Origin: a virus
Taxonomy: Duplodnaviria > Caudoviricetes
Strand: one strand, 5' to 3'
Virus record (IMG/VR): IMGVR_UViG_3300037755_000886
Coordinates: 1-64,000 of that record
DNA length: 64,000 bases
Within the stretch, counting starts at the first letter, position 1. Each line of letters begins with the position of its first letter. The position numbers and the translations under genes were made by a program. Under the pieces are notes generated by a model that was not told the origin of the DNA, did not search any database, and worked only from the letters and a program-made list of their open reading frames with translations. Below are positions 14,948-24,283 of the stretch, piece after piece.

Positions 14948-17280
14948 CAGAGGTTCCCGTCGTCGTCCGGGTCAGTTTCAGCGTTCACCACGGGGGGTGG
15001 CGGCGAGGTGCGCAGTCCCTCAGGTTGCGCGCCATGCGCGCCAGAGGGGTCCGCTGGCGGCTCTCCGGGGAGTTGCGCGCCATGAGGCATGCGCGCAAGG
15101 GATGAATGTTCCGGAGGGGAGGTAGTGGTTGAGCCTAAAGATGTGTGTGTGTTTGAAACGCGCCTTTGCGCGCATGCCTCATGGCGCGCAACTCCCTCGT
15201 CTTCGACGGACGGTTGCGCGCCATGCGCGCTGGGCCTGTCCGTCCCGCTAGCAGGTTGCGCGCCATGCGCGCTTAGTGCCCTTGCTGCGGCCGGGTGTAC
15301 CAGCAGCGTCGCGGTCTTACCCCGTTGCCCAGGGAAGTCACCCTCGGCGCGCAGCCAGCCTAGTTCGATCAGCTGTTCCAGCACCTCGACGGCCTTGCTG
15401 ATCTTGACGCCATGGTCCTGGCTTCGCAGCTTGAGGTACGCCTCCCGTTGCGTAAACGAACGGAGCCGCTCCTCGACCGCCCACTTCACGAGCGTTCGAG
15501 CTGGGCCGGCCACCGCGTTGAGCGGGTCACCCCACGACGCGTGCACGCAGCGGGCATGCTCGATCCAATAGTCGGCGAGCACGAACGCCCGCTCGAGCGT
15601 CTCGACACTCACCGGCTCCCGGTGATCCAACCCCTCGGCGATGTGCAGGATCCCGGACATGCGCAGGACGGCGGCCCGGAGCTTCGAGAACCACTCGGCC
15701 ATGTCGGCCAGATCGGCGCCGGGGGCGAGCCGGTACTCGTGCTCCTGGTCCCAGTCGATGAACGCGTCGGCGGCAGCCTCAGCGAGATTGAGGCGGACAG
15801 GCATCACCCAGCTGGCCAGGCGGCGGCCGATGGCCAGCACCTGCTCTTCGTAACGCTGGCGGGCACCGGGGTTGGTGCGCCGGCGCACTGCTGTCCGGTC
15901 TCGACCGCCGACGTTGGAGAAGGGCACGGAGTAGAGGAAGCGGGCGGAGACGCCGCGGCCGGCGAGCTCCGGGTTTTCGCCGATGCGTTTGACGAGGATC
16001 GGCTGGGGGGTGACGCAGACGGACACGAGGGGATGGGCGAGCGATACGGCGTCGCGTCCCGCCCGGTCCTGGTTGATGGCGTCACCCGACCAGCCTTTGA
16101 GGTAGATGTCGAGGCTGGAGGTCTTGCCCGGGTTGGCGTACTGGCCGGCCATCATGTCGAACAGGCCACCCTCGGATGACTGGAGGGCGATGCGTTCGCC
16201 GGTGGTGGCCATCAGCATCACGAGCGCTTCGGGGGTGGCGTCGTCGGCCACCAGGCGGGGCAGGTTGGGCACGGTCACCGACTCGGCGTCGTACTGGAGT
16301 CGGGCAGCCTCCTTGGCGTCCTCAGCGGTCTTGCCGGGCAGGGCCGCGGCCTCGCGGGCAGCCTTGGCCTTCTTCGCGAGGATCTCGCGGGTGACCTCGG
16401 CCTCACGGATCAGTGGCGCACGTTCGGCCAAGAGTTCGGTCTCGAGCTGACGGACGCAGGCGAGCATCATCTTGAACGCCGGGCTCTTGGCCTCACCGGG
16501 TGGGAGGGCGACGACGAGGTACAGGTTGGTCGGTTCAACCCAGCCGTCGGACTCGGGGAGGTGAACCTCGATGTGTCCCATCGTGACCGTGGACAGGGCA
16601 CCGAGAGCGAGGATGGCGGGCAGGTCGACAGGCGCCTGCAGCGACTCGGCGCAGGAGACCGCGGCCTCGGCCATCCACGCCGGCAACACCTCGACGGGGA
16701 AAGGCGGGCCGTGGGTGAGCTCGGGCTCGAGTGGCTCTGGATCAGGCCACGTGTCGGCGTCAGGGGCGGTGGCACCGGCGGTCGGCGGGATCGGCAACGG
16801 CCCAGGGTTAAACCATGTGAGATCACGGGGCTGCCATGGCTCCCCGTAGCCTTGCTGGCCGAGCTCTCGACTGGCCGCCGTGAAGTCGCCGTTGTAGCTG
16901 GTCGCCGCATACAGCCCGAACGGGTCGTAGGGCCGACGAGTGTCGAGCGCCGGCCACATGGCCAGGCACGTGTCCGACCAGATGGTCGTGTGTCCGTCGG
17001 CGTAGACGGTGGCAGATGTGCCCTGGCGGCGCTCCTTGCCGGGGCGCGTGTAGTGCTCGTCGCCTGAACGGTCTTTGCGGGCCATCGTGAACCCGAGACG
17101 CACGAGGATCTCGCCGCCCGAGTGGCGAGCGTTGAACGCTTCGCCGGGCCGCTCGGGCCCGATGTAGGGGACGTTGCGCTTGACCGTGGGCTCGGGCGCA
17201 GCCGGTGCAGGGTCGAGGAACTGTTCGAGGTCGTCGAGGCCATACCTTCGAGACCAATCGGTGAGCGGCCCGTCGGTCAT
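14944..17280 (-). CDS. Replication protein: primase C-terminal region + DUF3987 (YfjI-like) helicase-type domain
   Basis: HYTRPGK..SAT; PTNLYLVVALPPGEAKSP; DDATPEAL; SSEGGLF; LKGWSGD..DR. Confidence 0.85.
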   Translation of the reverse strand: MTDGPLTDWSRRYGLDDLEQFLDPAPAAPEPTVKRNVPYIGPERPGEAFNARHSGGEILVRLGFTMARKDRSGDEHYTRPGKERRQGTSATVYADGHTTIWSDTCLAMWPALDTRRPYDPFGLYAATSYNGDFTAASRELGQQGYGEPWQPRDLTWFNPGPLPIPPTAGATAPDADTWPDPEPLEPELTHGPPFPVEVLPAWMAEAAVSCAESLQAPVDLPAILALGALSTVTMGHIEVHLPESDGWVEPTNLYLVVALPPGEAKSPAFKMMLACVRQLETELLAERAPLIREAEVTREILAKKAKAAREAAALPGKTAEDAKEAARLQYDAESVTVPNLPRLVADDATPEALVMLMATTGERIALQSSEGGLFDMMAGQYANPGKTSSLDIYLKGWSGDAINQDRAGRDAVSLAHPLVSVCVTPQPILVKRIGENPELAGRGVSARFLYSVPFSNVGGRDRTAVRRRTNPGARQRYEEQVLAIGRRLASWVMPVRLNLAEAAADAFIDWDQEHEYRLAPGADLADMAEWFSKLRAAVLRMSGILHIAEGLDHREPVSVETLERAFVLADYWIEHARCVHASWGDPLNAVAGPARTLVKWAVEERLRSFTQREAYLKLRSQDHGVKISKAVEVLEQLIELGWLRAEGDFPGQRGKTATLLVHPAAARALSAHGAQPASGTDRPSAHGAQPSVEDEGVARHEACAQRRVSNTHTSLGSTTTSPPEHSSLARMPHGAQLPGEPPADPSGAHGAQPEGLRTSPPPPVVNAETDPDDDGNLW
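15023..15272. repeat. Putative replication origin: iterons plus 31-bp inverted repeat
   Basis: GGTTGCGCGCCATGCGCGC at 15023, 15212, 15254; perfect 31-bp IR 15068-15098/15166-15196 around a 67-nt spacer. Confidence 0.7.
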
Positions 17281-17810
17281 GCTGCCGCGTCCTCTTGCCG
17301 ATGACGCCAGAACGCCCCTGTGCGTGTAACCCGGTGCCATTCGACGTGGCAGCCCTTGCACAGGTAGGAGGTCGGCCACCCGTCCGCGTCATCGAACAGG
17401 TGACGCGGTGCCCAATGGTGGAGCTCGTTGGCCCCCTCCGCCCCGCAGCGTTCGCACGGTGGTGTTTCGTAGAGGCGGTCGGGGCAGAGCCGGTTGTCGC
17501 GGATGACCGGATAGGTGTCCCGGTTTGGGTGATCGCGATGGGGGCGGGACCCCCGCTGACCGGTCGCCTGGCCGCAGTCCAAGCAGATCTGCAGGATGGC
17601 CTCGGTGCCGTTGATGGCGATCAGGCGCCCAAAGGCGGGCTTGCCGTGTCCGGTGGCGATGCAGCTGACGACCTGTGGCCACGTCACATGGGCGAAGTCC
17701 CCATGGTCGTCGCCATCCCAGCTGGCCGGCTTGCGTGCCCAGGTGTTGTCGGGACTGGAAAAGCGAGCGCGAGATGACCAGTCAGGGGAGGCGAATCGGG
17801 TGGCGGTCAT
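17277..17810 (-). CDS. HNH-like Zn-binding endonuclease
   Basis: CLDC; CERC..ELHHWAP..LCKGCHVEWH; ATGA-coupled on both sides. Confidence 0.7.
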   Translation of the reverse strand: MTATRFASPDWSSRARFSSPDNTWARKPASWDGDDHGDFAHVTWPQVVSCIATGHGKPAFGRLIAINGTEAILQICLDCGQATGQRGSRPHRDHPNRDTYPVIRDNRLCPDRLYETPPCERCGAEGANELHHWAPRHLFDDADGWPTSYLCKGCHVEWHRVTRTGAFWRHRQEDAAA

Positions 17811-18442
17811 CGCAACCACCTCTCCAAGACACGGACCGGTGTCGGCTCATTCTTGCGATTCCATGTCCCCGGCAACCGGAGGATGCGTGCGGGATCCCAG
17901 ACATTGTCGAGGTACCAGCCTTTGACATCAGCCAGACGCCGCCACGTCGCGCCCCACCGGGGCAGCACGTCGCCGAGGTCGGCGACAGCGCGCATCTCGC
18001 CGAACAGCCAGTAGGCGTGCAACCCCCCGCCGGTGTGGACGATCGCGGTGGCCGGCAGGTTGAACGACCAGATGAGCTCGAGCGCGGCCTCTTCACTCGG
18101 CGGCAGCGCGTTGGCGGTCTTGTGGTTAGGTCCGGCGATGTCGATGTCGACCCAGAGGCCGGGCACCTCAAAACAATCTTTGTCACCACCGCGCTGTCCC
18201 CGAGCTAGGCGCTGCCGGCGGGTCGCGACCCCAAACCAGACGTCGCAGGTTGCCGAGTGCTTGGCAGCGGCCGCCGCAAGGGCGACAGGTTCGGTGGCCG
18301 GCGCCCACTCGACGTTGGGGCTACCGGTGACAGGGTTGACGGTGAACAACGTCAACCACCCGGTCTCGGCCGCCCCGTAGAGCTCGGTGAGGAACTCGGC
18401 GGACGCGTTCACGGGCCCCGGGACAGCGTGGGTCACGCTCAC
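17807..18442 (-). CDS. AEP (RepB-like) primase domain
   Basis: LWVDID, HTGGGLHAYW, DPARILRLPGTWNRK. Confidence 0.85.
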   Translation of the reverse strand: MSVTHAVPGPVNASAEFLTELYGAAETGWLTLFTVNPVTGSPNVEWAPATEPVALAAAAAKHSATCDVWFGVATRRQRLARGQRGGDKDCFEVPGLWVDIDIAGPNHKTANALPPSEEAALELIWSFNLPATAIVHTGGGLHAYWLFGEMRAVADLGDVLPRWGATWRRLADVKGWYLDNVWDPARILRLPGTWNRKNEPTPVRVLERWLR

Positions 18443-18470
18443 GTCACTTCCTTGGGATCGGTGGCGGTGA

Positions 18471-18833
18471 TCATGCGGCGGCCTTGCGCTCAAGTTGCTG
18501 GGCCTGCCGTCGGACACAGGCGCCGATCTCAGCGCACAGCCACGCTTGGCCCCACACGAGCAGCGGGTGCAGGCCGACGTGGCAGGCGAGGCGGTCGGCC
18601 ATGCGGGGAGTGATCCCGTGGCGTCGGTATCGGGGGATGTCGTCGCGTCGGACGCCGAGTTGGATGGCGGCCTGTCGGTCGCAGAAGAGCCCGTGGTTGC
18701 CGTGGTCGGCTTTCCCGCGGCCTTCGACGGCGGGCGCGTCCCACCGCAGGCGCAGCTGCCACTCAAGCGGCGCGTACGGGAGCCTGCCGGCGGGGATCGT
18801 CGGGCCCGGAGCGGTGAGCGACCGACCGGTCAT
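18471..18833 (-). CDS. HTH DNA-binding protein
   Basis: AAIQLGV..YRRHGI..ADRLACHVGLHPLLVWG. Confidence 0.55.
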   Translation of the reverse strand: MTGRSLTAPGPTIPAGRLPYAPLEWQLRLRWDAPAVEGRGKADHGNHGLFCDRQAAIQLGVRRDDIPRYRRHGITPRMADRLACHVGLHPLLVWGQAWLCAEIGACVRRQAQQLERKAAA

Positions 18834-20326
18834 GCGGCACCGATCGCTTCGACGACACGCCCAGCGAGGACGCTGATCGACGGGGGCGTGCAGGCGTTGC
18901 CGTACATCCGCTGGCGGACCTTCTTGGTGCCCTCGACGATGTAGGTGTCGGGGAACGCCATCGCCCGACCGGACTCGTGCGGCTGCAGCATCCGGTACAT
19001 GCAGTCGTCGACGTCGATGCCCTGCTCGACGACGGCGTGCCGGTCCAGGCACGTGACCGTTGTCGTCGGTTCGGAGACAGGGGCGGCGCGGCCGGTGCGC
19101 GTGTAGGTGACGAGCAGCGGCGCTGCCTTGGTTGCCAACGTCGGCAGGGGATCCTCGGTCGGGCGCAAGGCACCGCCTGACTGCGGGGCCATGACGAGGC
19201 CACGGTGACTCCCACCGGGGGCGACGAGCATGAGGCGGTCGTCGCCGGCGCACACCGTCGGGTGCGGCCGGGCGAGATCGCGGACACGGCACTGGTCGTC
19301 GCCGGTGTGCGCTGGCTGCACGAGGAACGAGCTGCCGGGCGGCCAGGCGATGGAGTGCTGCGAGTCGCAGGTCTGGGTCGGGGCCGGCTGCGTGAGGGGC
19401 CAGGCGCGGGCGTAGCCGGAGCCGGGTCGCTCGTAGGTCTGCCCTGACGAGGCGTACAGGGTGGTGCCGTAGAGGTCGATGCCGATCTCAATCCTGCGCC
19501 GTGTCGAGGCGGCGAGGGGTCGGCGGCGGTCGCCGATGCGTTCGCCGGTGAGGGACCAGTCGATGATCTCCGCGGCGGGCGGGGCTGGCGGTTCGGCGAT
19601 GCCCTGGCAGTCGGGGCATCGGTAGTTGTACTGGCGCCGCCACAGCCCGGCGACAGTTCCCCACCGCTTGAACACCTGGCGGCCTTCGACGACCTTCTCG
19701 CAGGTCGGACACCAGCACGCCGGGCGCATCTCGAGGTCGATCGCGATCCCGCGCCGGACGGCGACGACGTAGACGCGGTCGCGCCATTGCGCGACCCGTC
19801 CGGTGTGCGCCGAGTTGAGGCTGACGACGTGCACGTCGTAGCCGAGGTCGGTCAGGGCTTGCCGCCACGCCGGCCACAGCACCCAGGACACGACGTCGAT
19901 GACATTCTCGACGATCACCGCCGTGTTGCGGTGGTACTCGACGTGGCGGATGACGTCCCACATCGTCGCCCGGGACCGCTCCGCGCCTGGGTCCGGGCCC
20001 TCGAACAGCGATGGGTTCTGCCGCTTCCGCGACACGCCCTTGGCGCCCGAGTGATTGGTGCACTCGGCACCGGACATGAGGATGTCGGTCGTCGGGTAGC
20101 GCCGGGGGTCGACCTGGGAGATGTCGGCGCAATCGACCCGGGCGTCCTGGTGGTTGCGGGCGTAGATGTCGCACGCCGACCGCCAATGGTTCGCCGCGGA
20201 CACGAGCTCGATGCCGTTCTCCTCGGCACCGATCGATGCCCCGCCGGCCCCACAGAACTGGTCGTGCCACGTGAGACCCGTGCGGCTCCGGCAGTACGAC
20301 GGGAGCACCGAGGTGAGGGCGCTCAC
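18830..20326 (-). CDS. C5-cytosine DNA methyltransferase
   Basis: DQFCGAGG (motif I), SGAECTNHS (IV), ENV (VI), QWRDRVY (VIII), YGNACTP (X). Confidence 0.9.
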   Translation of the reverse strand: MSALTSVLPSYCRSRTGLTWHDQFCGAGGASIGAEENGIELVSAANHWRSACDIYARNHQDARVDCADISQVDPRRYPTTDILMSGAECTNHSGAKGVSRKRQNPSLFEGPDPGAERSRATMWDVIRHVEYHRNTAVIVENVIDVVSWVLWPAWRQALTDLGYDVHVVSLNSAHTGRVAQWRDRVYVVAVRRGIAIDLEMRPACWCPTCEKVVEGRQVFKRWGTVAGLWRRQYNYRCPDCQGIAEPPAPPAAEIIDWSLTGERIGDRRRPLAASTRRRIEIGIDLYGTTLYASSGQTYERPGSGYARAWPLTQPAPTQTCDSQHSIAWPPGSSFLVQPAHTGDDQCRVRDLARPHPTVCAGDDRLMLVAPGGSHRGLVMAPQSGGALRPTEDPLPTLATKAAPLLVTYTRTGRAAPVSEPTTTVTCLDRHAVVEQGIDVDDCMYRMLQPHESGRAMAFPDTYIVEGTKKVRQRMYGNACTPPSISVLAGRVVEAIGAA

Positions 20327-21915
20327 GCTGCGCTCCCGTCGACGTCCAGGTCGAACAGGGTGGGCATGGCGACGCGCCGCTCCTCGGCCTGCAGGTACTT
20401 GACGGAGTCAGCCCAGTACCCGGGGTTGAGCTCGACGCCTCTCCCCCGTCGTCCGAGGCGCAGGGCGCGCACGGGCACGGTCCCGAGCCCGGAGAACGGG
20501 TCGAAGACGAGCTCGCCGGGGTTGCTGTAGCGCTCGATGAGCCGGTCGACGATGTCGAACTGCAACGGGCAGTTCTTCACCACGCAGCCCTCGGCGGTGT
20601 AGCTCTCGTCCTCGGCCACCCGCAGGTTCCACGTCTCGACCTCGCCGGCGGGCTCGACGCTGCGCACCTTCTTCCAGGCGCCATCGTCGAGGACGAACGG
20701 CTTCACCCGCTGGTTGGATCGGGGCATGTCGAAGCTGAGGATCCACTCCTGCCGGGTGTTGACCGTGCGGCCCTGGATCACGGTGGTGCCCGCCGGCCGG
20801 CCCACATGAAGGCTGGCGACAGCGCCGTAGACCCGCTGGACGATGACGACCATTCCGAGGAGCAGCTCGCGGGAAACGCTGGTAGCCATCCACCGCATGC
20901 GCTCGGGAACGAGATGGCCGTCGCCGGAGAGGTAGCCGTCGAGCAGCGCCCGGGCCAGATCGGTCGGCAACGTGAAGGCCTCGGGCGGGAGGTGCTTGCC
21001 ACCGGCGCCGTGGCCGCAAGCCTTGAACCGCCGGCGCAGCTCGCCGTTGGCGTCGCGCAGCGGCACCTGGTGGGCGGTGCCGGTGTGGCGCGGGTTGCCG
21101 GCGTGCTGGCCGAGCCGCTCCAGCAGGTGCTCGAGCTTGTCGTCCCCGCACGAGATGTGGGCGACGTTGCGCTTGTCGATGTGCCCGTCGGCCAGCCAGC
21201 GGCCGACGATCCACCAATACGGGGCGTCCCCTTCGGCGTGATCGTCGACGGGTGGGAGCTTGAGGTTGAGGTAGCTGCCGAGGGTGTCCCCGGCCGGCAC
21301 CCACCCCGGCGTGGCCGCCCGGGCGTCGCGACGGGCCGTCATGGCCCGGGGAGCCAGGCGAGTCCACAGCTTGTGGTCCGGAGTCAGGGTCAGCCCGGGG
21401 ACGCCCTGGGCCTTCACCGTGACCACGGGGCGCACGCCGGTGTTCTGTACGGCGAGCACGGGCCGCCAGCGACCGAGGTGGGTCAGGACGTGCTCGCCGA
21501 CGGCCACCTCCTGGATCGGCTTGTAGCCGGCCCGGGTGAGGACCTGGGAGCCGCGTGCGAGGCAGACGTGGGCCTCCAAGCCCCGCTTGGACTGCTCGGC
21601 ATTCAGGCACGCCATCCGGTTGATGTCGTGCCAGACGTCGGGGTGCCACGATGCCGGCGCCAGGAGCATGAACGTGGACGGGAGCCGGCCCTTGCCGTCG
21701 AGGTTCTCGCCGATGCGGACGTGGGCCTCGTAGTCGTAGACCTCGGAGAGGCTGGCGGCCTCGGCGGCCTTGTACAGCTGGCCGGGCGGGAGGGCGGCGA
21801 GCTCGTCGGGGGTGAGGTGCCGGTCGATGCTGGCGGCAGCGCCTTCAGTGCCGAAGATGGCGGAGTCGTCGAGGCCGCGGCCGATGACCTCGCGGGCGGT
21901 CGGTCGAGCGCTCAT
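20323..21915 (-). CDS. N-terminally truncated amino-(N4/N6) DNA methyltransferase containing an intein
   Basis: Exteins ..EAHV|CPLQ..VFDPFSGLGT..GVELNP; no catalytic motif IV seen. Confidence 0.8.
   Translation of the reverse strand: MSARPTAREVIGRGLDDSAIFGTEGAAASIDRHLTPDELAALPPGQLYKAAEAASLSEVYDYEAHVRIGENLDGKGRLPSTFMLLAPASWHPDVWHDINRMACLNAEQSKRGLEAHVCLARGSQVLTRAGYKPIQEVAVGEHVLTHLGRWRPVLAVQNTGVRPVVTVKAQGVPGLTLTPDHKLWTRLAPRAMTARRDARAATPGWVPAGDTLGSYLNLKLPPVDDHAEGDAPYWWIVGRWLADGHIDKRNVAHISCGDDKLEHLLERLGQHAGNPRHTGTAHQVPLRDANGELRRRFKACGHGAGGKHLPPEAFTLPTDLARALLDGYLSGDGHLVPERMRWMATSVSRELLLGMVVIVQRVYGAVASLHVGRPAGTTVIQGRTVNTRQEWILSFDMPRSNQRVKPFVLDDGAWKKVRSVEPAGEVETWNLRVAEDESYTAEGCVVKNCPLQFDIVDRLIERYSNPGELVFDPFSGLGTVPVRALRLGRRGRGVELNPGYWADSVKYLQAEERRVAMPTLFDLDVDGSAA
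20572..21564 (-). mobile_element. Intein (331 aa) with LAGLIDADG homing endonuclease
   Basis: Starts CLARGSQV, block B TPDH, LAGLIDADG-like GRWLADGH and DGYLSGDGH, ends VVKN before Cys. Confidence 0.92.
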
Positions 21916-22121
21916 GTCCCCTCGCCTTCGGGCGGGAGCGGTTCGCCCCAGTCGCCGTCACCGGGAGGTTGTGGCGCCCGGCCGGGCCGCGGCGCAGTGG
22001 GTTCGTCGGAGACGATCAGGGCGCAGATGCCCACGAACACCGCCACCGCGGCGCAGATGACGAAGACCACTATGGCGGCCGTGAAGATGATCTCGCTCAG
22101 GTCACCGACGAGGAGGCTCAC
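21912..22121 (-). CDS. Small single-TM protein
   Basis: Long hydrophobic segment; coupled. Confidence 0.6.
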   Translation of the reverse strand: MSLLVGDLSEIIFTAAIVVFVICAAVAVFVGICALIVSDEPTAPRPGRAPQPPGDGDWGEPLPPEGEGT

Positions 22122-22260
22122 GTCCCCCTCCGCTCGTCGTCGGCCCGGACAATCCCGGGCGTCCAGTCCGAGGCAGGGCCGGGGTAGGCGGCGGGCTGCG
22201 GCGTGTTGGCCTGCGGGTGCCGGCGGGCCTCAGCCAGCTGGCGGCGCACCTCCATGCGGG

Positions 22261-22491
22261 TCATGACGCCTCTCCGTCGAGCGTGGCGGTCAGGTTCTGG
22301 AGGTTCTCGAACCGCAGGTCCTCGCAGACCTTGGTGAGCCGCTCGTGTTCGGCCCTGAGCTGAGCGAGCGATCGGCGGGCGAGGTCGAGGTTGGCCACCA
22401 GGTCGAACACCTCCTGCTCGTAGGCAATGCGGGCGCGGACGCGGGAGGCCAGGTAGTGGGGGAAGGAGGCGAGGCGGCGGAGGGGGTTCAT
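22261..22491 (-). CDS. Small coiled-coil protein
   Basis: ATGA coupling to resolvase gene. Confidence 0.5.
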   Translation of the reverse strand: MNPLRRLASFPHYLASRVRARIAYEQEVFDLVANLDLARRSLAQLRAEHERLTKVCEDLRFENLQNLTATLDGEAS

Positions 22492-23069
22492 GCGGCACCC
22501 CGGAGGGCGGGCATGACGAGCTTGGCGAGCGGCGCCCGGTGCGCGGCCGGCATCTTCACGAGCGGGTGGCCGAGGAGGTCGAGGCCGATGGCGCGCAGCA
22601 CGAAGGCGTCCGCCTCGTTGTCGTCCCGGATGTCGACGTCGAACCGCTTGATCAGTTCGTGGCCGATGTCGGTCTTGCTCGCGTTGCCCTTGCCGGCGGC
22701 GTAGGACTTGAGGCTGCCGGGCGGGACGAACAGGGCCGGTGTGCCCCACTCGTAGATGGCGGTGCGCACGACGCCGTGCACCATTCCGAGGTCGACGCCG
22801 CCGAACCGAACGTTCTTGGGGAGGTCCTCGATGACGAGCAGATCGGCACCGCGGAAGGTCTTGATGGTCCGGCGGATGTGGGTGAGGCGCTCGCCGTAGG
22901 TCTGGCTGGCCAACGTGGTGATGCGCGACGTGGTGCCGTCGGGGTGGGCGACGCCCGTCTTCTCCAGCGCCAGGTCGAGGCCGGCGACGACGGGCAGGCG
23001 CGTGACGTCCGTGGCCACCGTGTCCGGCAACTCGGTGACCACGGGCGCGGTCTCGGTGAAGAGGCTCAC
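22488..23069 (-). CDS. RuvC-like Holliday junction resolvase
   Basis: GLDLA..TG, VIED, LKSYAAGKGNASK, DDNEADA. Confidence 0.85.
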   Translation of the reverse strand: MSLFTETAPVVTELPDTVATDVTRLPVVAGLDLALEKTGVAHPDGTTSRITTLASQTYGERLTHIRRTIKTFRGADLLVIEDLPKNVRFGGVDLGMVHGVVRTAIYEWGTPALFVPPGSLKSYAAGKGNASKTDIGHELIKRFDVDIRDDNEADAFVLRAIGLDLLGHPLVKMPAAHRAPLAKLVMPALRGAA

Positions 23070-23920
23070 GGCGCCGTTGGGGCGGGTGCGGGCCCGTGCA
23101 GGAAGCGGACAGCCTGCATCTCCTTGGCGCCCTTGACCGTCTTGACGATGTCGGCGAAGGCGTCCCGCTCGATGGCCTCGGGCCGGTCGAGGAGGTAGCC
23201 GATCTGCAGGTCGCCACCACGGGGCGGCTTGAACCGCAGGCGGGCCTTCACCTCGTAGGGCTCGGTGCCAAGGAACGGGGCGACCCCGAGCGTGAACTCG
23301 TTGGGGATCGACAGGGCGCCGGTCTTGCCGGCAGTCGCCTGCACGTCCTCCTCGTAGACGAACTGCGTCTCACCGTTGGCCAGGCGATGCCCGGCCTTAC
23401 ATTTGACGCCGACGTTGACCTGCAGGGACTGCGCGATCTCCAACATCTCGGCGCCGGACGGGTCGACGATCTCGCGGAGGCCGTCCTCGATACGTTCGGC
23501 GAACCGCTGCTGTGCACCAAGGCCTTGGCCTTTCACCCAGGCGGTCCACTCTTCGGTGCGGGTGAGCTTGAGGCTGGCCCGGTAGTCACGCCAGCCGGGC
23601 TGGTCGGGCTGGTCGTCGTTGAGGACGGCAACGAGCGCGCAGGTGGAGGCGTCGGCGTAGACGACCACGTCGGCCAGGCTGTTGCTCTCGGCGCTGGCGC
23701 GGTGGACGATGGCCTCAATGAACGACTCGGCGTCATGCACGTCGACGGTCCCGGCGGACCGGCGGGGGGCGTCGGTCGGGTAGGTGTCGTGCAGCTTCCA
23801 GATCTCGCCCTCGCGCTGGCGGACGAGGATCCGCTTGTTCTCGAGGTCGATGGTGTCGGCGAGGGTGTGCGTCTCGGCGTAGTCGAGCGCGGCGGCGATG
23901 TCGGTGGGGTTCTCGGGCAT
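23066..23920 (-). CDS. DUF2303-family protein
   Basis: VAVLNDD..PGW.DYRA.L..T.EW..W; Q..FAE.IED; F.YEED; IP..F. Confidence 0.85.
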   Translation of the reverse strand: MPENPTDIAAALDYAETHTLADTIDLENKRILVRQREGEIWKLHDTYPTDAPRRSAGTVDVHDAESFIEAIVHRASAESNSLADVVVYADASTCALVAVLNDDQPDQPGWRDYRASLKLTRTEEWTAWVKGQGLGAQQRFAERIEDGLREIVDPSGAEMLEIAQSLQVNVGVKCKAGHRLANGETQFVYEEDVQATAGKTGALSIPNEFTLGVAPFLGTEPYEVKARLRFKPPRGGDLQIGYLLDRPEAIERDAFADIVKTVKGAKEMQAVRFLHGPAPAPTAP

Positions 23921-23923
23921 GGG

Positions 23924-24283
23924 TCAGTCCTCGGTGTTGGGGAGGCGGGGTTCGCCGACGCGCTTGAGCGGCAGGCGCTTGTGGTACGGGTCGTCGCGCT
24001 CCATCGACCCGCGCTCGCCGACGAAGAAGATCGACTTCTCGGGGTCGGGCTGTGGGGCCTTGGCCTCGACGAGGCAGGAGGTCTCGACGGTGCGGCCACC
24101 GCTGCCGGCGGGCTCCACGGTGACCTTGAGGGTCACGGTGCCCTTCTTGCCGTGGGCGGCGACGGCCTGCACCAGGTCGGCCAGGGCGAGGGTCATCTCG
24201 TCGTCGACGGCACCCTGGGCGTGATCCGTCACCCACTCCGAGAACGGTCGGAGGGGCTCGGCGATGGGTGAGGTGTCGGTCAT
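23924..24283 (-). CDS. Conserved partner of DUF2303
   Basis: LV.AV..HGKKGTVTLKVTVEP..SIFFV..G...DP. Confidence 0.8.
   Translation of the reverse strand: MTDTSPIAEPLRPFSEWVTDHAQGAVDDEMTLALADLVQAVAAHGKKGTVTLKVTVEPAGSGGRTVETSCLVEAKAPQPDPEKSIFFVGERGSMERDDPYHKRLPLKRVGEPRLPNTED

Noticed and set aside
15023-15272. CRISPR array
   Set aside because: Repeats are irregularly spaced, partly inverted and inside a CDS; no cas genes. The Cas4-like fold at 25.7 kb is a phage exonuclease.
17277-17810. Group I intron in the primase gene
   Set aside because: The insert is entirely filled by an ORF with coupled start and stop codons; no room for, or sign of, P/Q/R/S core elements.
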